From positions 2,670 through 66,669 of the forward strand of contig CAZYEN010000029.1 of assembly GCA_964646465.1 (NCBI GenBank): 64,000 nucleotides of DNA, in the 5' to 3' direction. The translations under genes were made by a program, and so were the position numbers. Positions within the stretch are counted from its first letter, which is position 1. The number at the start of each line of letters is the position of its first letter. The notes under the pieces are model-generated. The model was not told the DNA's origin and did not search any database. It saw only the letters and a program-made list of their open reading frames with translations. Of the stretch, positions 9,155 through 19,207 are shown one piece after another. Origin of the DNA: an uncultured Candidatus Saccharibacteria bacterium (GTDB lineage Bacteria > Patescibacteriota > Minisyncoccia > SW-4-49-11).

Positions 9155-10255
9155 ATGATTAGATTGTCTTTCCGCAAGTTTGCATTTATAGCTCAGTTGG
9201 TTGTTTTGACTTTAGTATATCTATTTTATATCATTTTTATTATACAACTATTAACAACAAAAGATTTAGGTAGATTAGAGTCTGCATGGTTAATAGTTTT
9301 AAGCGTTATAGGTCTATTTTGGATAAGTAATTTATTATTAAAAATTAAAATAGTTAAAAGACATATTCGCAGACTTTTTGTATTAAATATCAATTTACTA
9401 TTTAATAACCGTATAGTATGGTCTATTTTAGGTGTTTTTAATAAAAGATTTAAATTAATTAAAACTATATTTTTAGCATATCCAGCTAACCATAATTTCG
9501 CAAAAGAATATGTATTTGATAGTGTTTTAGAAGAGACTCGATGGTATCCTTGGTTTACAGGGTTTTTTATACAGAATGGAAAAGTCGGTTTAAAATTTGC
9601 TATATCTTCTACAGAGGATGACTTTAGAGATGAAAATAATTTAGATCAATTAAGAAGTGTTTGGTTAAAAATGAGTTATTTACAACATCTTTTAGAGTCT
9701 GACCAAATGACTTTTGCGGGTATTTTGCCAGGAGTATTTTATAAAAAGAATATTATTAACAATCTTCCGGTAGAGTTAGATAATACAGTTCAAGCTGTTA
9801 AGAAGTCAGTTTTATTAGTTATTGAAGAGTTGAACTTAAATAATAAAACGCCAATTATTGTGCTTGGAGGGAAGGGTTTTATAGGAGATAAATTTATTAC
9901 CGAGATGAGTGATAAAAAAATTTACTGTATTGATATAAAAGATAATAATTATAGTATAAATGAACTTATAAATTCTGCAAACGATAAAGTAATAATTCTC
10001 AATGTAGCAAGTCAGCGGGCGTTGCAAGATAACTTGATTTATTTTAATGAAAAAGTTATTATAATAAATGAAGTATATCCGGAACCTTCTACTGAAATAG
10101 TTAATCGAATAAAGTCTCAAGGTGGAACTATATTTCACATTGTGGGTGTTTCGGGAAGATCTTTCCCAAGATTTCCAAGAGCATATAGGAATGGGATACC
10201 TTGCTGTGCTAGTTGGAACAGTAAAAATACTGATGTTAAATTGATAAAAATATAA
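9155..10255 (+). CDS. Membrane-anchored Rossmann-fold protein, acyl-ACP-reductase-like
   Basis: 2 N-terminal TM; FLAYP, TFAGILP, VLGGKGFIG (GxxGxxG), NEVYPEP, PCCAS. Confidence 0.5.
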   Translation: MIRLSFRKFAFIAQLVVLTLVYLFYIIFIIQLLTTKDLGRLESAWLIVLSVIGLFWISNLLLKIKIVKRHIRRLFVLNINLLFNNRIVWSILGVFNKRFKLIKTIFLAYPANHNFAKEYVFDSVLEETRWYPWFTGFFIQNGKVGLKFAISSTEDDFRDENNLDQLRSVWLKMSYLQHLLESDQMTFAGILPGVFYKKNIINNLPVELDNTVQAVKKSVLLVIEELNLNNKTPIIVLGGKGFIGDKFITEMSDKKIYCIDIKDNNYSINELINSANDKVIILNVASQRALQDNLIYFNEKVIIINEVYPEPSTEIVNRIKSQGGTIFHIVGVSGRSFPRFPRAYRNGIPCCASWNSKNTDVKLIKI

Positions 10256-10268
10256 ATATAATACTGTA

Positions 10269-11885
10269 ATGATAGAATTAAATTTAATACAAATACTTTT
10301 AATTACAGTAGGTGTAACAAACTTTGCTTTAGGTCTATTGGTATTACTAAGCTTTAATAAGAAAAAAGATTATAGTAGTGGTTGGTTTGCTTTAGTTGCA
10401 TTTTCTGTTGTTCTATGGACCAGCTCAATGATTGTTTATAGAGGGTTTGATGATGTTAATAATATTGTGCTCTATACAAAAATATTATATAGCTCAGCTC
10501 TATTAATTCCTACAGTATTTTTAATATTTGTCAATAGATTGATTTCTAGTAAATATATATATATCAGTGAGTTTCTAGTTTTCTTTTTTTTCGTTGGTTT
10601 AGGTATATTAACCTTTTTCACCTCATATATTATTGAGTCTGTAATAATTTTTAAACCATTAGAAAATACAATTATATTTGGTGACTTATTTTTTCTTTAT
10701 GTACTATTTTTAATCATTGCATTCAATTTATCATTTTATAATTTACTTATAGAGTATAATCGTTATAAAGGGATAAGAAAAAAACAAATTTTGTTCATCA
10801 TTCTAGGTACAACATTATCTACATATCCTGCTTTTTTTACTAATTTAATATTGCCATGGATCGGAATATTTGCATTTAACTGGTTTGGACAATTATCGAC
10901 TATATTTCTTATTATCTTCACCACCTATGCTATTTTTAAACATCATCTATTTAATATAAAAATGATTCTATCAGAAATTCTTTTGGGAGTTATGGGAATT
11001 GTATTATTTATTTATATTTTTCTTTCTCGTAGCTTGTCTGAGGTAATAGTTAGTATTACATTTTTTATTATTTTTGTTATATTGGGATATAATTTGCTCA
11101 AGGAGTTATTAAGTGGAATCAAAAGAGAAAAAGAATTGGATATATCGAATAGGAAGTTAGAGGATACTATAGAGTCGAAGGATTTGTTTTTGAGAATGAC
11201 TTCCCATCAGCTTAGAACTCCCCTTACCTCTTTAAATGGCTTTTTATCTCTGATTTTAGAACAATGGCAAAGTAAATATAAGATGAATGAATATACCAAA
11301 AATGATATTGTAAAAGTATATATTAATGTACAACGATTGGTTGAATTAGTTAACGATGTACTTGCTCTAAATACAATCAAGGCCGGCAGATTTGGAGTTG
11401 TAATTAGGCCGAATATTGATATTAAAGAGGAGTTAACCTATTTAATTCAAGATAATAAATATATGCTTGATCATTTTACTACTAAAATCACTATAAAAAG
11501 CATAGGAGAAAATTTTATTGCTGATGTTGATAGTGTTAGAATGAAAAGTGTATTTCAGAATTTATTATCTAATGCTATTTATTATGGTAAAGATAAAATT
11601 TGGGTTACTTTGATTGATGAGGGTGATAGGATAAAAATTCGTTTTAGAGATAATGGGAATGGTATTGATATGAGTATAAGAGATAAAATTTTCAACCCTG
11701 GCTTTAGAGCGGTTGGTTTTGATGAAAGAAATCCTAATGGCTCTGGTTTTGGCTTATTTATATCAAAAAATATTATTGATCTTCATCATGGTTCCTTGAA
11801 GTTAAAATACTCGGGGACAGATAATGGTTCTTTATTTGAAATAAAATTACCTAAAAAACCTCTAATTGATAAATACAACAACTAA
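10269..11885 (+). CDS. Sensor histidine kinase with N-terminal multi-TM (HisKA_7TM-like) domain
   Basis: H-box SHQLRTPL, N-box NLLSNA, DNGNGI, GSGFGL. Confidence 0.9.
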   Translation: MIELNLIQILLITVGVTNFALGLLVLLSFNKKKDYSSGWFALVAFSVVLWTSSMIVYRGFDDVNNIVLYTKILYSSALLIPTVFLIFVNRLISSKYIYISEFLVFFFFVGLGILTFFTSYIIESVIIFKPLENTIIFGDLFFLYVLFLIIAFNLSFYNLLIEYNRYKGIRKKQILFIILGTTLSTYPAFFTNLILPWIGIFAFNWFGQLSTIFLIIFTTYAIFKHHLFNIKMILSEILLGVMGIVLFIYIFLSRSLSEVIVSITFFIIFVILGYNLLKELLSGIKREKELDISNRKLEDTIESKDLFLRMTSHQLRTPLTSLNGFLSLILEQWQSKYKMNEYTKNDIVKVYINVQRLVELVNDVLALNTIKAGRFGVVIRPNIDIKEELTYLIQDNKYMLDHFTTKITIKSIGENFIADVDSVRMKSVFQNLLSNAIYYGKDKIWVTLIDEGDRIKIRFRDNGNGIDMSIRDKIFNPGFRAVGFDERNPNGSGFGLFISKNIIDLHHGSLKLKYSGTDNGSLFEIKLPKKPLIDKYNN

Positions 11886-11928
11886 AAATGGGTAGAATAA
11901 TTATATAATCGATTAATGAATATCTAAT

Positions 11929-14640
11929 ATGAAAAAAACTAAAAACTATTATCAGTTATCCATTGAAGAGTCTTTATTGGCTACTAAATCTAATCTTACT
12001 GGACTCACTAATCAGGAAGTATTGGATAGAAGGCGAGAATATGGTGAGAATATATTATTAACTAAGCAAGTAGAATCTCCTATTTGGCTGTTTTTAAAAC
12101 AATTTCATAATGGATTAGTATATGTGCTTTTACTAGCAGCTATTATATCTGTGATGTTTGATCATTGGGTGGATTTTTGGATTATTATTGTAATTATAGT
12201 TATAAACTCGATCATTGGATTTTATCAGGAGTATAGAGCTGAGAGAGCTGTAGTTGCTTTGGCTAAAAAAATATCTGTTAAGACCAAGGTCTATCGGGAT
12301 GGACATCTAGAAGAACATGATGCAAAGGATTTAGTACAAGGAGATATTATTGTGTTGGAGGAGGGTGATAAAGTTCCGGCTGATGCGAGGTTGATTGAGG
12401 CTGTCGAACTACAAACTATCGAGGCTTCTCTTACCGGAGAGTCTCAGCCATCTTATAAATCTATAGATATTATTACAGAAGATGTAGGTATTGGAGATAG
12501 AAGTAACTTAGTTTGGATGGGGACATTGGTAGCTACTGGATGGGCTAAGGCTGTAGTAGTAGCTACTGGAATGAATACAGCTATTGGAGTTATTGCAGAT
12601 GATTTAGACAAAGTAGAAATTGAAAGAACACACTTTCATATTCAAACAGATATATTAGCTAAACAACTGGCTATCTTTGCCTTTAGCTCGGCCGCTATAT
12701 TGTTTGTAATCGGATTTTGGTTTAGACAATTACCATTAGATGAAATGATTGGGTTTACTTTATCCGCTTTGGTTGGAGGCATTCCTGAAAGTTTACCTAT
12801 AGTATTGATTGTAGTATTGGCTATTGGAGCTAAGAGAATGAGTGATAAAAAGGCCATTATTCGCTCTTTACCAGTGACAGAATCTTTAGCTGTGATGGAC
12901 ACTATTATTACAGATAAAACTGGGACTTTGACTGAAAATAATATGACAGTGCAAAAAATATGGGTTTTAGGAGAGGAAATGGTAGATGTTAATGGTAGAG
13001 GCTTAGAGACAAAAGGAGAGTTTACACAAGGGACAAATAATATAATCCCCCTAGATTATCCCGGTATCTCTAAATTATTACATATAGCAGGTTTAGCTCA
13101 TAATGGTCAGATATATGAAGAAGTTTTAGAAGATGGAAGTTCTGTCGTGAAGAGTGTGGGGGACCCAACCGAGGTAGCTTTATCTATTGTCTCAATGAAG
13201 TCTAATCTCAATAAAGATTTACTGGATAGTGATTGGCATCGTTTGGCAGATTTGCCATTTCGTTCGGAGAATAAATTTCGAGCTACTTATCTTCACAATG
13301 TATCTCAAGATACCCATCAATTAATGGCTATTGGGGCTAGTGAGACATTATTGAATTTGAGCAATAAAATTCTAGACAAACAAGGAAATTTAATTTCCTT
13401 GAATGATGAGCATATTCAGGAGATCAATAAGCAAGTAGCACATTTGTCTAAACAAGCAATGCGAGTTATCGCTCTTGCTTATAAAGATGAAAAAGATAAT
13501 TTGAATGGCCTTAATGTTGAACAAGTACAGGATTTGGTCTTTGTAGGACTAGTAGGAATTATAGATCCACCAAGAGCTGAAGTGGCACAAGCCATTGCAC
13601 AAGCTAAACAAGCTGGAATTAGAGTGATTATGGCCACAGGAGACCATAAAGATACTGCTCTTGCTATTGCTAAATCTATTGGACTTATTGATGAGACAGG
13701 TCAAGCTCTTACGGATACTGAAATTCAAGAACTATCTGATAGAGAACTTTATAAAAAGTTAAAGACAATTTCTGTGCTAGCTAGATTAAGCCCTAGAACT
13801 AAAATGCGAGTAGCAGATATTTTTCAAAAACATAAACATATAGTGGCTATGACAGGAGATGGAGTCAACGATGCCCCGGCTCTTAAAAAGGCGGACATAG
13901 GTATATCTATGGGCATCAGAGGCACTGATGTGGCTCGGGAAGCGAGTGATATTGTGCTTACAGATGATAATTTTGTAAGTATAATATCCGCCGTAGAAGA
14001 GGGGAGGGTAATATTTAGGAATGTGCAACAAACTAGTATATTCTTGATTACTACCAGTGTAGCGGAGATTTTATTATTTATATTAAGTTTGAGTTTAGGT
14101 TTACCACTACCACTTTTAGCAATTCAAGTCCTGTGTCTTAACCTAGTCACTAATGGAATCTCAGATATTGCCCTAGCAACGGAGCGAAGTCATAAGAATA
14201 TTCTACTAGAGAAGCCATTACCAGTAAATATGCCAGTAGTCTCACCTAATACCTATCCATATATTATAATCATGACACTTACAATGACTGGTTTAGGATT
14301 TTGGATCTATCTAGCTTATTTGGGCAATGGAATAGAGCAGGCTAGAACAATGTTTTTCTTGTGCTTAGCCTTGATGCAATTAGCTAATACCTATAATATG
14401 CGATCCCCAAAAGAATCATTGTTTAGGATAGGATTTTTCTCTAATAAAATGATAAATCTAGCAGTTATAGCCTCATCCTTGATATTAGTAGCTATGATAA
14501 CTATGCCATTTTTACAAAATATCCTACAATTCACACCCGTTTCTCTATATGATGCAATCTATTATGGCTTTATCTCAATCGTGGTTGTCATCGCCGTCGC
14601 CGAATTCTATAAGTGGAGAATGAGGTTGGAGGGGAAGTAG
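11929..14640 (+). CDS. P-type II (Ca2+-like) cation-transporting ATPase
   Basis: LTGES, DKTGTLT, TGDH, TGDGVNDAPALK. Confidence 0.92.
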   Translation: MKKTKNYYQLSIEESLLATKSNLTGLTNQEVLDRRREYGENILLTKQVESPIWLFLKQFHNGLVYVLLLAAIISVMFDHWVDFWIIIVIIVINSIIGFYQEYRAERAVVALAKKISVKTKVYRDGHLEEHDAKDLVQGDIIVLEEGDKVPADARLIEAVELQTIEASLTGESQPSYKSIDIITEDVGIGDRSNLVWMGTLVATGWAKAVVVATGMNTAIGVIADDLDKVEIERTHFHIQTDILAKQLAIFAFSSAAILFVIGFWFRQLPLDEMIGFTLSALVGGIPESLPIVLIVVLAIGAKRMSDKKAIIRSLPVTESLAVMDTIITDKTGTLTENNMTVQKIWVLGEEMVDVNGRGLETKGEFTQGTNNIIPLDYPGISKLLHIAGLAHNGQIYEEVLEDGSSVVKSVGDPTEVALSIVSMKSNLNKDLLDSDWHRLADLPFRSENKFRATYLHNVSQDTHQLMAIGASETLLNLSNKILDKQGNLISLNDEHIQEINKQVAHLSKQAMRVIALAYKDEKDNLNGLNVEQVQDLVFVGLVGIIDPPRAEVAQAIAQAKQAGIRVIMATGDHKDTALAIAKSIGLIDETGQALTDTEIQELSDRELYKKLKTISVLARLSPRTKMRVADIFQKHKHIVAMTGDGVNDAPALKKADIGISMGIRGTDVAREASDIVLTDDNFVSIISAVEEGRVIFRNVQQTSIFLITTSVAEILLFILSLSLGLPLPLLAIQVLCLNLVTNGISDIALATERSHKNILLEKPLPVNMPVVSPNTYPYIIIMTLTMTGLGFWIYLAYLGNGIEQARTMFFLCLALMQLANTYNMRSPKESLFRIGFFSNKMINLAVIASSLILVAMITMPFLQNILQFTPVSLYDAIYYGFISIVVVIAVAEFYKWRMRLEGK

Positions 14641-14773
14641 TCAGTTGTAAGAAAATATGGGACAACTGAAATTAGAGGCTGCCGCCCCGGTAAAGTTTTG
14701 TTAAACATAGTTTATTCTATTGACAGTAATTGACAATAGTTATACTATAAAAGAGTAGTGTTAAAATAAATAT

Positions 14774-16474
14774 ATGTATATAAATCAAACATGGTATGTA
14801 AAAAAGTCTGTTTTGCTTGTGGCCTCATTAGCCACATTTTTTGTTTATGATGCTTATGCTTTGGCGAATGCCAATAATAATCAAGGGTTAAATGAATATG
14901 TTGACCCTAGTCAAAACCCTAAGTATTCTCAAGTTTATAATGAAATTACTTTTACAGGAGATGGAATTACCAAAGAAGAATTAGATGATATAAATAGCCT
15001 TATAAACTTAAAAGAAAATTCTATTGAAGAGCCTATAGCTGTGGTAGGTGAGGAAGTCGTCCCTATCTCTAAATTAAAAATAGGAGCTAAAATCAAAAGC
15101 CTAGCTTATAATAGTAGTCCTGAGGACACTAAATTTATAGAATTAAATTATTATAGAGGCAAAGATGAAAATTTAGAAAATAAAAAAGCCAAGAGAAAAG
15201 AATTAAAGGATAAAAAATCTAAAGAATTGGAAACAATAGTGGCTAAATTAGATTATGAAATTAATACACAAGAACAACGAATACAAAAAAATAAAACCAA
15301 CTGGGACAAAAAAGCTAAATCCAACAAAGCTCAAGTAGAGAAATTAAAATCTAAAACTCAAACAGCCATTAGCAATAACAATAAAGAAATAATGGATATT
15401 CTATACCCTAGTAAAGAGAGTATAGATAAACTTAATGCTGCAATTTTGGAAGAGCGAAATAAATCTAAGAATTTTTTGGAGCAGAATGCTAATCGACCAA
15501 AGTATATAAAGGAAAAACTGCAAACTTCGATTAAAATTCCGGAAGTTTTAGCCTGGGGAGATTCTTCTAACTCAGTTAATAATTTAGTTATTTATAATCG
15601 AGCAAACTGGGACTATATCTGGGATGTAGATTATGCAAATGCTGTGAATGGACAAACTTTCAAACTCTGGGGTAGAGCTAATGATGCTCCAAAACAATTT
15701 AGATTCATAGATGCTAGAGCTGAGATTAGATTTGTTGGAAAAAAGGGAGTAGAGAAATGTGTAGATGTAGATTTAGCTAATGGTAGATATGATAATGGAG
15801 ATAGAGTGCATCTTTGGGACTGTCATGGTGGTAATAATCAGAAATTTATAGTACAATCAGATGGTACTATTAGACCTAAATTTGCACAACATATGTGTCT
15901 TGATGCTAGTGCAGGAGTTAGTTATGGAAGTCGTATTCATCTTTGGCAATGCCATGGAGGGAGTAATCAAAAGTTCAATGCCGGGGAGTATGATTTTGAT
16001 GGCCAGAGATTTTATTTGAGGATACAATCTTTATCAACTCCAAACGCGCAGAATGTTGTAGGGCATACATTCGTTTCAGTATGGCGTACTGGTAGAGGAA
16101 TTACTAATACCTTTAGCTTCTGGCCTAATAAAGACTTTAATGATTCAAATTATAATGGTAGAAAAAATAATATAGGTACAGGAAATAATATCAATATAGA
16201 TCACGAAAATGATTGGAACAATTCATATTATGGGACTGAAAAAGGTTTTCGATATAAAGATATAAGCATAACAAAGCAAATGTATGATGAAATAAAATAT
16301 ATGAGAGGATATCAAGCTAAGAGTTCATACATAACCTATTCTTATGATTGGTGTTTATTAAATTGTGTTAGATTCTCAACAGATTTATGGAATAAATATA
16401 CTGGTGATTCACTAAGATCATACAGTTACTCAACAGGATGTCATTCTCCAGGAATTGTATATAATAGTCTTTAA
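14774..16474 (+). CDS. Secreted protein: signal peptide, Lys/Glu-rich stalk, ricin-B lectin domain, C-terminal permuted papain-like (His...Cys) toxin-type domain
   Basis: Ricin repeats CVDV...LWDCHGGNNQKF and CLDA...LWQCHGGSNQKF; C-terminal GHTFVSV...SFWP...NCVRFS..LW..HSP. Confidence 0.75.
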   Translation: MYINQTWYVKKSVLLVASLATFFVYDAYALANANNNQGLNEYVDPSQNPKYSQVYNEITFTGDGITKEELDDINSLINLKENSIEEPIAVVGEEVVPISKLKIGAKIKSLAYNSSPEDTKFIELNYYRGKDENLENKKAKRKELKDKKSKELETIVAKLDYEINTQEQRIQKNKTNWDKKAKSNKAQVEKLKSKTQTAISNNNKEIMDILYPSKESIDKLNAAILEERNKSKNFLEQNANRPKYIKEKLQTSIKIPEVLAWGDSSNSVNNLVIYNRANWDYIWDVDYANAVNGQTFKLWGRANDAPKQFRFIDARAEIRFVGKKGVEKCVDVDLANGRYDNGDRVHLWDCHGGNNQKFIVQSDGTIRPKFAQHMCLDASAGVSYGSRIHLWQCHGGSNQKFNAGEYDFDGQRFYLRIQSLSTPNAQNVVGHTFVSVWRTGRGITNTFSFWPNKDFNDSNYNGRKNNIGTGNNINIDHENDWNNSYYGTEKGFRYKDISITKQMYDEIKYMRGYQAKSSYITYSYDWCLLNCVRFSTDLWNKYTGDSLRSYSYSTGCHSPGIVYNSL

Positions 16475-16484
16475 GAGTAAAATT

Positions 16485-16709
16485 ATGAGAAAAAAACTAA
16501 TTGGAATATATTTTATCTTGCTAGGAACATCGGGTATAACTTTGATATCTAGTATAGTATTTATGGTCTATAACCTATCTAATATAAAAGCTGGTAAAGA
16601 AATTTTGTTTAATTATATTTTTATAATAAATATGTATACATTTATTGCTTTATTGGTTGTGGGAGCTATAAGTTCTATCTACTTTAGATATATAAAACAA
16701 AACAAATGA
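16485..16709 (+). CDS. Small 2-TM protein, candidate cognate immunity protein
   Basis: ATG 10 nt after the toxin-candidate stop; hydrophobic. Confidence 0.55.
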   Translation: MRKKLIGIYFILLGTSGITLISSIVFMVYNLSNIKAGKEILFNYIFIINMYTFIALLVVGAISSIYFRYIKQNK

Positions 16710-17098
16710 AGAAAATTTATTTATTCTATAGTCTGGTTATATTATCAAGTATTAGTTTTTTAGGTGAAAAGTTATCATGGGAGATAGTTAATATAAAATC
16801 GGATAATGGGTTAATGTCTATTCTAGCAACACTGTTATTTTTGAGTGTATCTTTAATTTTACCTTTTCTGAATACTTTAATATTTTCTTTCAATATCTTT
16901 GGAAAAAAGCCAATTTCAGATAAGAGTTTTTCTAGTCTCATTGCTATTTATGGCACAGTGTACTTAATATGGGCTACTATTATTGGATATAGACATATAG
17001 TTTCAGAGTGGATTTATGAAAATAGAGAAATAGGCTGGATAAGTCTAGGGGTATTATATATAACCATCTCATTATATAAGAAATTTCAAAAGGTTTAG
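16706..17098 (+). CDS. 4-TM protein, candidate immunity protein
   Basis: ATGA overlap with previous gene; ILPF...FG...IYEN...W shared with 17172. Confidence 0.6.
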   Translation: MKKIYLFYSLVILSSISFLGEKLSWEIVNIKSDNGLMSILATLLFLSVSLILPFLNTLIFSFNIFGKKPISDKSFSSLIAIYGTVYLIWATIIGYRHIVSEWIYENREIGWISLGVLYITISLYKKFQKV

Positions 17099-17171
17099 TG
17101 TAATGATGTATTTTAAACAGGGTATTTGATATACAATATAGGTTTTTACAAATTTAACTTAATAACATAAT

Positions 17172-17567
17172 ATGAAAAAACTATTCTTGAGTAAACATAT
17201 TCTAATATATCTTATGTCATTGAGTTCAGTTATTTTACTACTTGGATCGATTTTGAATATATCTGCATTGCAATTCAAAATAGGAATAATTGGAGACATA
17301 GCTTTTATTATATCTAGTATATTGCCGTTTATTATTTTACCTATATTTTTAGCCTCAGTTTTCGGACTTTTTCAGAATAAAAAATATATATTAACCTGGT
17401 ATCATAGGCTAATATATATTCTAATTGTAATTTTATCTACCATATATATCATAATTTCTTTTGGAAACCTGAATATTTTAGGTAATTTTATATATTCAAA
17501 TTCTTATTATATTTTATGGAGTATAATTGGCTTAAGTTTAGCTTGTATAAATATGATTAAAAAATAA
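17172..17567 (+). CDS. 4-TM protein, paralog of 16706..17098
   Basis: ILPF...FG...TIY...IYSN...W pattern. Confidence 0.6.
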   Translation: MKKLFLSKHILIYLMSLSSVILLLGSILNISALQFKIGIIGDIAFIISSILPFIILPIFLASVFGLFQNKKYILTWYHRLIYILIVILSTIYIIISFGNLNILGNFIYSNSYYILWSIIGLSLACINMIKK

Positions 17568-17570
17568 ACT

Positions 17571-17903
17571 ATGTCTATACTCGCCACCCTAACTGTTTTA
17601 ATCCCTTTTTTAACCCTTATGTTCAATGCAGGCTCAGATGATAAAGGGATATTTGTTGCAACTATATTTTTGGGATTTTTAATTCAATCTATTATATTTA
17701 TAACCTGGTTGCTTTTGAGCATAGTGAGCCTTCATACAAAATATAAATTATTCAAAATTATCCTGATAATCCTAGCTCATATACCTCTTTTATATATTAG
17801 ATATTTTGACAATATGGCTTATATGATTTGTTATGCTATAAGTTTATTTTTATGTATCATAATTATACTAATTGACTATAAATCAGGAAATTGGCTGGAG
17901 TAG
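17571..17903 (+). CDS. Small multi-TM protein, candidate immunity protein
   Basis: Begins MSILATL..IPFL, also present internally in 16706..17098. Confidence 0.55.
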   Translation: MSILATLTVLIPFLTLMFNAGSDDKGIFVATIFLGFLIQSIIFITWLLLSIVSLHTKYKLFKIILIILAHIPLLYIRYFDNMAYMICYAISLFLCIIIILIDYKSGNWLE

Positions 17904-17984
17904 GATTTTGATTTATGTATTTTTGTCTCACTTAAAAGGTAAAAATATGCTATAATACAAACAACCATTAAATTCTCATAATCT

Positions 17985-18587
17985 ATGAAAGGAGTAGTCT
18001 ATATAATGACAACAGTAGTCGATGGACTAATAAAAATAGGACAGACAGGCAGTCAAAATTATCAAGAAAGGATGAGAAATCTAGAATCAAATGGATACTA
18101 CAATGTCTCAGGACTAAAGAGATTTTTTGCAATTGAACTAGAAGATTATATTTACAAAGAAAATCTACTCAAAGAAATTTTCAATAAGCATAGAGTAGCA
18201 GATAGTGAACTATTCGCCTTAGACTATGATTTGGTAAGGCAATTATTACTATCTTTTGAAGGTAACCTAATATATCCAAAAGACATAGACAAAGAAAAAG
18301 AATTTGATGAAGTAGCAAAATCCAGAGAACAAAGTGCAAAATTTAGTTTTTATAAAAAAGGCATACAAAATGGAGAAGGAATTGTCTTCATAGCCGACAA
18401 AGATATAACAGCAAAAGTAGTAGGGGAAAGAGATGTAGAATATGGGGGACAAATTTATAAACTATCTCCATTAACCCTTAAAATATATCAACAAAAAGGT
18501 AATAGCAATAAAAGTGGAGCCTATCAAGGAGCCGCCTATTGGCAATATAAAGGAAAGAAATTAAAAGATTTACCGGATAGGGAGTAG
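17985..18587 (+). CDS. GIY-YIG superfamily (T5orf172-like) nuclease with C-terminal RAMA-like domain
   Basis: GVVYIM...LIKIGQT...ERMRNL...ELF; C-terminal VEYGGQIYKLSPL...GAAYWQYKGKKL. Confidence 0.75.
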   Translation: MKGVVYIMTTVVDGLIKIGQTGSQNYQERMRNLESNGYYNVSGLKRFFAIELEDYIYKENLLKEIFNKHRVADSELFALDYDLVRQLLLSFEGNLIYPKDIDKEKEFDEVAKSREQSAKFSFYKKGIQNGEGIVFIADKDITAKVVGERDVEYGGQIYKLSPLTLKIYQQKGNSNKSGAYQGAAYWQYKGKKLKDLPDRE

Positions 18588-18638
18588 GGGGTTGGGTTTT
18601 ATATAAAAAATTATAAAGACAGATGAGAGGCTTGTAAT

Positions 18639-19004
18639 TTATTCTTCAATCTTTGAATCTTTTTTTACTGGGTCTTTGTGCTTATCTAGTATCTGATATA
18701 CTCTTTGTCTAGTTATTTTGTACTTTTTGGCTATATCTTTAACTGACATATCAAATAAAGTATAATCTTTAAGTATTTTTAAGTGGTTATCATTTGCAAA
18801 CTTAGAGATATATATTTCTTTCTTCTTACTTTTGGAGTTGTTATGATATCTATCGACTATTTCCTTGTCGTATAATTTGACCCTTTCGCCTGTTTTCTTG
18901 AAGTATATAATCATTTCTATATTTACAAAAGTTGTAGTGGTTATAAGTTGCTTTTTAGCCTGCTGTGTATAATAGTCTTTTCCGTTTACATTTATTATAT
19001 CCAT
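18639..19004 (-). CDS. Phage-like HTH DNA-binding protein (sigma70 region 4-like)
   Basis: MSVKDIAKKYKITRQRVYQIL. Confidence 0.7.
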   Translation of the reverse strand: MDIINVNGKDYYTQQAKKQLITTTTFVNIEMIIYFKKTGERVKLYDKEIVDRYHNNSKSKKKEIYISKFANDNHLKILKDYTLFDMSVKDIAKKYKITRQRVYQILDKHKDPVKKDSKIEE

Positions 19005-19121
19005 ATTGTTAAGTTATTCATATAATTTCCTGCTTTTTCTACTACATTATATATTTCATATATCCAAACAGATTATGATTAATAATTAACCATATAATGT
19101 ATTATTATACTATACTTTTTT

Positions 19122-19207
19122 AAATAAAAAAGACCAGATAAACCTAAGTCGGATATATCTAGTCCTGTGCGTTGTCTAGCTTGTAACTAACTAACAAAAA
19201 AGTTACA
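19122..19207 (-). ncRNA. Predicted ~85-nt small RNA or attenuator leader upstream of the HTH gene
   Basis: Promoter TTGACT-17-TAAATT (19241-19213, extended TG), 5' hairpin tgtaact/agttaca, terminator gactagata/tatctggtc + U6. Confidence 0.45.

Noticed and set aside
14641-14745. Short inverted repeats tcagttgt/acaactga and ctattg/caatag upstream of the toxin candidate
   Set aside because: Too short to distinguish from chance; possibly an operator but unsupported
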